A DNA stretch of 40,807 bases from an uncultured Candidatus Peribacteria bacterium (lineage in GTDB: Bacteria; Patescibacteriota; Gracilibacteria; Peribacterales; Peribacteraceae). Position 1 is the stretch's first letter. The number at the start of each line of letters is the position of its first letter. The notes below the pieces were generated by a model. The model did no database searches, was not told the origin of the DNA, and saw only the letters and a list, made by a program, of their open reading frames with translations. The DNA lies in the NCBI GenBank assembly GCA_964628345.1, contig CAZVLZ010000002.1, forward strand, positions 1 to 40,807. Reading direction: 5' to 3'. Below are positions 37,146 to 40,807 of the stretch, piece by piece. The position numbers and the translations under genes were made by a program.

Positions 37146-37886
37146 TTATTTAAGTTCTTTCAGGTTCTTTGCGATGCGACGCTCAAACGCATGGTCATCC
37201 GCAACAATGCGGCCATCCATAATACGGATGATGCGCGCGGCGTGTTCCGCCGTCGTTTTCTCGTGCGTCACCAGGATGATCGTGTGCCCCTCCTCGTGCA
37301 GATTCTGCAGGATTTCCATCACGTGTTTGCCTGCGGCGGAATCGAGGTTGCCTGTCGGTTCATCCGCGAAGATGACCCCCGGTTCCGTGACGAGCGCGCG
37401 CGCGATCGCCACGCGTTGCTGCTGCCCGCCGGAGAGCTGATTACTGAGGTAGGTTGCGCGATCCGTCAGCCCCACGGCCTTGATGGCCTTCATGACCTTT
37501 TCACGCCGCTCCGCCGACTTTGTTGCGCTGTGGTACAACAGGGGCAGCGTGACATTATCGATGACCGATGTTCTCGGGAGAAGGTTGAAGGACTGAAAGA
37601 CGAAGCTGACGCTCGAGGAGCGGATGCGTGCGAGTTCGTCCTCACTCTTCTCCTCCGTCGATTCGCCCCGAAAGTCGTAGTGGCCGGACGTTGGCACATC
37701 CAGAAATCCCAGAATGTGCATGAGTGTGGATTTGCCGGAACCGGAGGGTCCCATGATCGCCACGAATTCCCCGGCATCAATGCGCAGATTGATATCGAAG
37801 AGCACGGGCGTTTCCACCTGCTCATTGAAGTACGACTTGTGCAGGTTTCTCGTTTCGATCAGCGGTGCGGATTCTTTTTTCGTCAT
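37146..37886 (-). CDS. ABC transporter ATP-binding protein (MacB/LolD-type)
   Basis: Start trimmed to [20 protein letters not shown] (Walker A), [26 protein letters not shown]. Confidence 0.93.
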   Translation of the reverse strand: MTKKESAPLIETRNLHKSYFNEQVETPVLFDINLRIDAGEFVAIMGPSGSGKSTLMHILGFLDVPTSGHYDFRGESTEEKSEDELARIRSSSVSFVFQSFNLLPRTSVIDNVTLPLLYHSATKSAERREKVMKAIKAVGLTDRATYLSNQLSGGQQQRVAIARALVTEPGVIFADEPTGNLDSAAGKHVMEILQNLHEEGHTIILVTHEKTTAEHAARIIRIMDGRIVADDHAFERRIAKNLKELK

Positions 37887-37908
37887 GGTGCTGAGGTGCA
37901 TGTGAAAC

Positions 37909-39687
37909 TTATTGTTTGATGAGGACGACCACGGTCTCGCCCTCGGCGAGTCCGCTGCTGATCTCGGCATCCGTGTCGGATTCCATGCCGACGGTGACGG
38001 GTTTCTCGGTCATTGTGCCGTTTTCCAGTGTGCGGATGATTTTGCCCTGGCCGTTCTTTTCCAGAATAGAGCGCACGGGGGCGAGGAGCACATCTTTGCG
38101 TTCGCCGGTGACGATCTCGGCATCCCCTGTCATGCCGATTTTAAATTCATCATGCGGATGCACGAAGCCCAGACTCACGCGGTACTTTGAAACGCCGTCG
38201 ATCTTGGTGGGCCCGGGTTCGACCGACATGACCCGGAGCGCGTAGTTCACTCCCGGGAAGGCATCGAGTTCGATGGAGCCGCTCTGCGACAGCTGGACCT
38301 TGGGGATATCCACTTCCGACAGGAACATTTCGACGTGGAAGGGGGAGGTGCCCAGCATGGTGATGGAGTGGCTGATGTTATCCGCATCACCGGTGAATTC
38401 TCCCTCCTTGAAGTCCACTTTCGTGATGACGCCGTCCGACGGGGCGCGGATGATCGTATCCTCCAGTTTTGCCTTTGCACGGGCGACGCTGGCCCCTGCG
38501 GAATTCATGTTCGCGCGCGCGGCGGCGAGCTGCGTCTCACGCGGGCCGGCTTTCGAGAGTGCCAGCTGCGCCTCTTGCGTGCGCAATGCGGTTTCGTAGG
38601 TGGCGATGGCTGATTCCGCTGCCTGCTTGCTCGCTTTGGCGGCGGCATACGTATTCTCCTCGGTCGTGATGCTGGTCGCGTAGTCCGCCGATGCGTCCCG
38701 CAGACTCTTCATCGCCGTATTAATGGCGCTGAGGGCGGCTTGCGTGTTGGCTCTCTCCGTGGCGAGGGTGGACTTGTGCGCCTCGCGCGTTGCCGTATCG
38801 AATGCCGTCGTGATCGGCAGGTCCGAGATGAGCGCGTACGCCTCCTGCAGAACGTTGCCGACCTGCATGATGACCGTCGTGGACTGCTGCAGGGAGGCAA
38901 GGGAAGCCTCGTATGTCGAGAACCCCGAGCAGCTGAAGGTATTGAGCGTCGTCTGCGCCGATGTCCAGTTGAGCCGGAAGATCGACCAGGATGTGGTGCG
39001 ATACTGCTTGGCCATGTCGGAGATCACGGAGCTTACGAAGACATCGTCGAGCGTCATCAGCGAGGTTTTTGCAATGGATATCTGTTGAGCGCAGGCACTC
39101 GAGGACGTGACGAGATATCCGGCAAGGTTGACGGCAGCTTCCGCCCTGATCGCCCTCAATTTATCCTCAGATGTGCGCAACTTCTCCTCGGCGCTCAGGA
39201 GGTCCGCTTGTGCGGCATCGAGAGCGGCGCGTTTATTGGCAACCTCAGCTTCGGCGATGGCGAGATCCTCCGGGCGCGTGCCCTCCGCCAGTTCCTGATA
39301 ATTCGCCTGTGCCTGACGGTACTGAGCGGAGGCGGCAGCCAGATCCGCGCCATACGATTCATTGCGCAGTTTTGCCAATTCCTGCCCGGCAGTCACTTTG
39401 TCGCCCTCTTTCACCAGGACGCGGGCGACGATGCCCGTCAGGGGGAACTTCATATTCACGTCGCGGTCCGAGGTGATGGTGCCCACCGCCTCGACTTTCT
39501 GGACCAGATCACCGCGCTTTACGGTTTCCGTGATCATTTCGGGCTGCACCGGCGAGAAGATGTACCACAGCAGGAGCCCGAACAGCAGGGCGAACACCGA
39601 AAGCACGGCTGACCAGATCGGGTGCCGCAGGGCAAAGGATTTGAGCGATGCCCAGATGTGCCGCAGGAGGGGGAGGGGGGTCCACAT
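37909..39687 (-). CDS. HlyD-family periplasmic adaptor with greatly enlarged helical insert
   Basis: 592 aa. N-terminal TM; lipoyl half-motifs at ~aa 80-107 (FPLTGIVARVLVKEGDKVTAGQELAKL) and ~aa 411-425 (TIIRAPSDGVITKV); beta-barrel/MP C-terminus. About 300 aa separate the lipoyl halves. Confidence 0.88.
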   Translation of the reverse strand: MWTPLPLLRHIWASLKSFALRHPIWSAVLSVFALLFGLLLWYIFSPVQPEMITETVKRGDLVQKVEAVGTITSDRDVNMKFPLTGIVARVLVKEGDKVTAGQELAKLRNESYGADLAAASAQYRQAQANYQELAEGTRPEDLAIAEAEVANKRAALDAAQADLLSAEEKLRTSEDKLRAIRAEAAVNLAGYLVTSSSACAQQISIAKTSLMTLDDVFVSSVISDMAKQYRTTSWSIFRLNWTSAQTTLNTFSCSGFSTYEASLASLQQSTTVIMQVGNVLQEAYALISDLPITTAFDTATREAHKSTLATERANTQAALSAINTAMKSLRDASADYATSITTEENTYAAAKASKQAAESAIATYETALRTQEAQLALSKAGPRETQLAAARANMNSAGASVARAKAKLEDTIIRAPSDGVITKVDFKEGEFTGDADNISHSITMLGTSPFHVEMFLSEVDIPKVQLSQSGSIELDAFPGVNYALRVMSVEPGPTKIDGVSKYRVSLGFVHPHDEFKIGMTGDAEIVTGERKDVLLAPVRSILEKNGQGKIIRTLENGTMTEKPVTVGMESDTDAEISSGLAEGETVVVLIKQ

Positions 39688-39702
39688 AGGTTCGTCTAAT
39701 GA

Positions 39703-39711
39703 TTATACCAC
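39703..39711 (-). promoter_or_regulatory. candidate extended -10 (TGGTATAAT) for the efflux operon
   Basis: Minus strand gtTGGTATAATcattagacgaacctATG. Perfect TATAAT with upstream TGn, 15 nt from the ATG. Confidence 0.5.
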
Positions 39712-39752
39712 AAAACAATATGTTTGTTTTGCATTTTCCCGGGATTTTATGA

Positions 39753-39770
39753 TGGAAAGTGTGCTTTCCA
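39753..39770. promoter_or_regulatory. 7-bp inverted repeat, candidate operator upstream of sufB
   Basis: TGGAAAG-tgtg-CTTTCCA, followed by a third half-site CTTTCC at 39773-78. Located in the divergent hlyD/sufB region. Confidence 0.35.
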
Positions 39771-39874
39771 TCCTTTCCAGCTATTGGCAGATTCGTTAAA
39801 AAGAATGCTTTTTTACGCGTTTTGTCTCGGGGGTTCTCCCCTCTGTCTCCGTCCCGTAGACTCCCCTGTACTCC

Positions 39875-40807
39875 ATGTCCCGTTCATCCAGGCCACGTGC
39901 GGCACTGCAGATCCCCAACGCCACTCCCTACACGCAGGGACTGGAACGTGGAATCTCGGAAGAGCTCGTGCGCCGGATCAGTGCGGAGAAAGGGGAACCG
40001 CAGTGGATGCTTCAGCATCGGCTGCAGAGTTTACGCATCTTCCAAAAATTCACGCTTCCCACGTGGGGACCGGATCTCTCGGGACTCGATCTTCAGGAGA
40101 TCCTCTTCTACGCCAGCCCCGGCGTTCCGCCGACCGATGACTGGACACAGATCCCCGAGGATATCCGCCTCGTCTACGAACGCCTGGGGATTCCGCAGGC
40201 GGAGTATGCCATGCTGGGAGGAGCGGGGGCGCAGTACGAGAGCGATGTTATCTACCATCGGCTCAAGGAGGAGTGGGCGGAACGCGGCGTGATTTTCCTC
40301 GACATGGATGAGGCGGTGCAGATGTACCCCGATCTTGTGCGTTCCACGTTCATGCAGTGCGTGCGGCCGACGGATCATGCGTTCGCCGCGCTGCACGGGG
40401 CTGTGTGGAGTGGTGGGACATTCCTCTACGTGCCGGCGGGTGTGACTGTTGTTGAACCGCTGCAGTCCTACTTCCGCATGAACGCGCGAGGGATGGGACA
40501 GTTCGAGCACACGCTCCTCATTCTCGAAGAGGGGGCGCAAGCACACTATATCGAAGGGTGCTCGGCGCCAAAGTATGTGAGTCCCTCACTGCATGCGGGA
40601 TGTGTGGAGGTGTTCGTGAAGCCGGGCGCGCGGATGCGCTACTCCTCCGTCGAGAACTGGAGCCTGAATACGTTCAACCTGAATACGAAGCGCGCGATCG
40701 TCGAGCGTGAGGCGACCATGGAGTGGGTGGGCGGCAATCTGGGCAGCGGTGTCACCATGCTGTATCCGTGTTCGATCCTCAAGGGTGAAGGCGCGCGCTG
40801 CGAGCAC
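39875..40807 (+). CDS. sufB: Fe-S cluster assembly protein SufB (3'-truncated by the window edge)
   Basis: Hand-translated in frame 2 from ATG 39875 (in-frame TAG at 39857). Sequence: ...GISEELVRRISAEKGEPQWMLQHRLQSLRIFQKFTLPTWGPDLSGLD...FAALHGAVWSGGTFLYVPAGV...HTLLILEEGAQAHYIEGCSAP...ENWSLNTFNLNTKRA. Absent from the track because it has no stop within the window. Confidence 0.95.
   Translation, partial: MSRSSRPRAALQIPNATPYTQGLERGISEELVRRISAEKGEPQWMLQHRLQSLRIFQKFTLPTWGPDLSGLDLQEILFYASPGVPPTDDWTQIPEDIRLVYERLGIPQAEYAMLGGAGAQYESDVIYHRLKEEWAERGVIFLDMDEAVQMYPDLVRSTFMQCVRPTDHAFAALHGAVWSGGTFLYVPAGVTVVEPLQSYFRMNARGMGQFEHTLLILEEGAQAHYIEGCSAPKYVSPSLHAGCVEVFVKPGARMRYSSVENWSLNTFNLNTKRAIVEREATMEWVGGNLGSGVTMLYPCSILKGEGARCEH

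Noticed and set aside
34607-37886. Interpreting ATPase plus two permeases as LolCDE
   Set aside because: The operon is headed by an HlyD/MacA-type adaptor, which Lol systems lack. The permeases cannot be subtyped by eye, so I kept the generic MacB/FtsX-family call.
35679-37919. 746-aa plus-strand ORF spanning three genes
   Set aside because: It is antisense to two FtsX permeases and an ABC ATPase, all of which have unmistakable motifs (Walker A/B, signature, FtsX). Its translation is Arg/Asp/His/Gly-rich noise, typical of the stop-poor antisense frame of high-GC3 genes.

Overview
GC-rich bacterial chromosomal window with high third-position GC. I found no rRNA, tRNA, CRISPR array, transposase or integrase. 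Most of it is housekeeping. On the minus strand: aspS, a low-GC four-helix-bundle (23S IVS / Avd-like) gene, nrdR, tsaC, dnaE. Then ssb (+), murB, gltX, a cyclophilin lipoprotein, murG, ftsW and a GT2 glycosyltransferase (all -). Then tsaB, secA, holB and a TPR protein (all +), followed by a 2Fe-2S ferredoxin divergent from sufC, and a 3'-truncated sufB at the right edge that is missing from the ORF track.

Two blocks are not housekeeping.

(1) 7696-16454: five tightly coupled minus-strand genes (1028, 278, 260, 821 and 530 aa). All have signal-peptide-like N-termini, most are cysteine-rich, and one has an HExxH site. I recognise no family for any of them. This is my best candidate for an undescribed exported or cell-surface system.

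(2) 33965-39687: a MacAB-like efflux module lying between sufC and sufB. It comprises an oversized HlyD-type adaptor, an ABC ATPase and two paralogous FtsX/MacB permeases. Downstream of these sit a 39-aa, 8-cysteine acidic ORF (below the track cutoff) and a small 4-TM protein.

Sequence-style observations:
- Start codons lack Shine-Dalgarno motifs and are preceded by C/T-rich leaders.
- Many operon heads have a TG(n)TAnnnT extended -10 only 6-15 nt from the ATG, implying leaderless or near-leaderless mRNAs.
- A family of perfect C-tract/G-tract palindromes occurs intergenically (19471-19578) and in frame inside two CDSs (the GT2 gene and tsaB).
- There are several purine/pyrimidine-rich tandem repeats.
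- SSB has two tandem OB folds.

Lineage cannot be assigned from this window. The orphan content fits an uncultivated lineage, while the two-OB SSB and -10-proximal starts recall Deinococcus-Thermus. All protein family calls come from motif recognition by eye; no searches were run.
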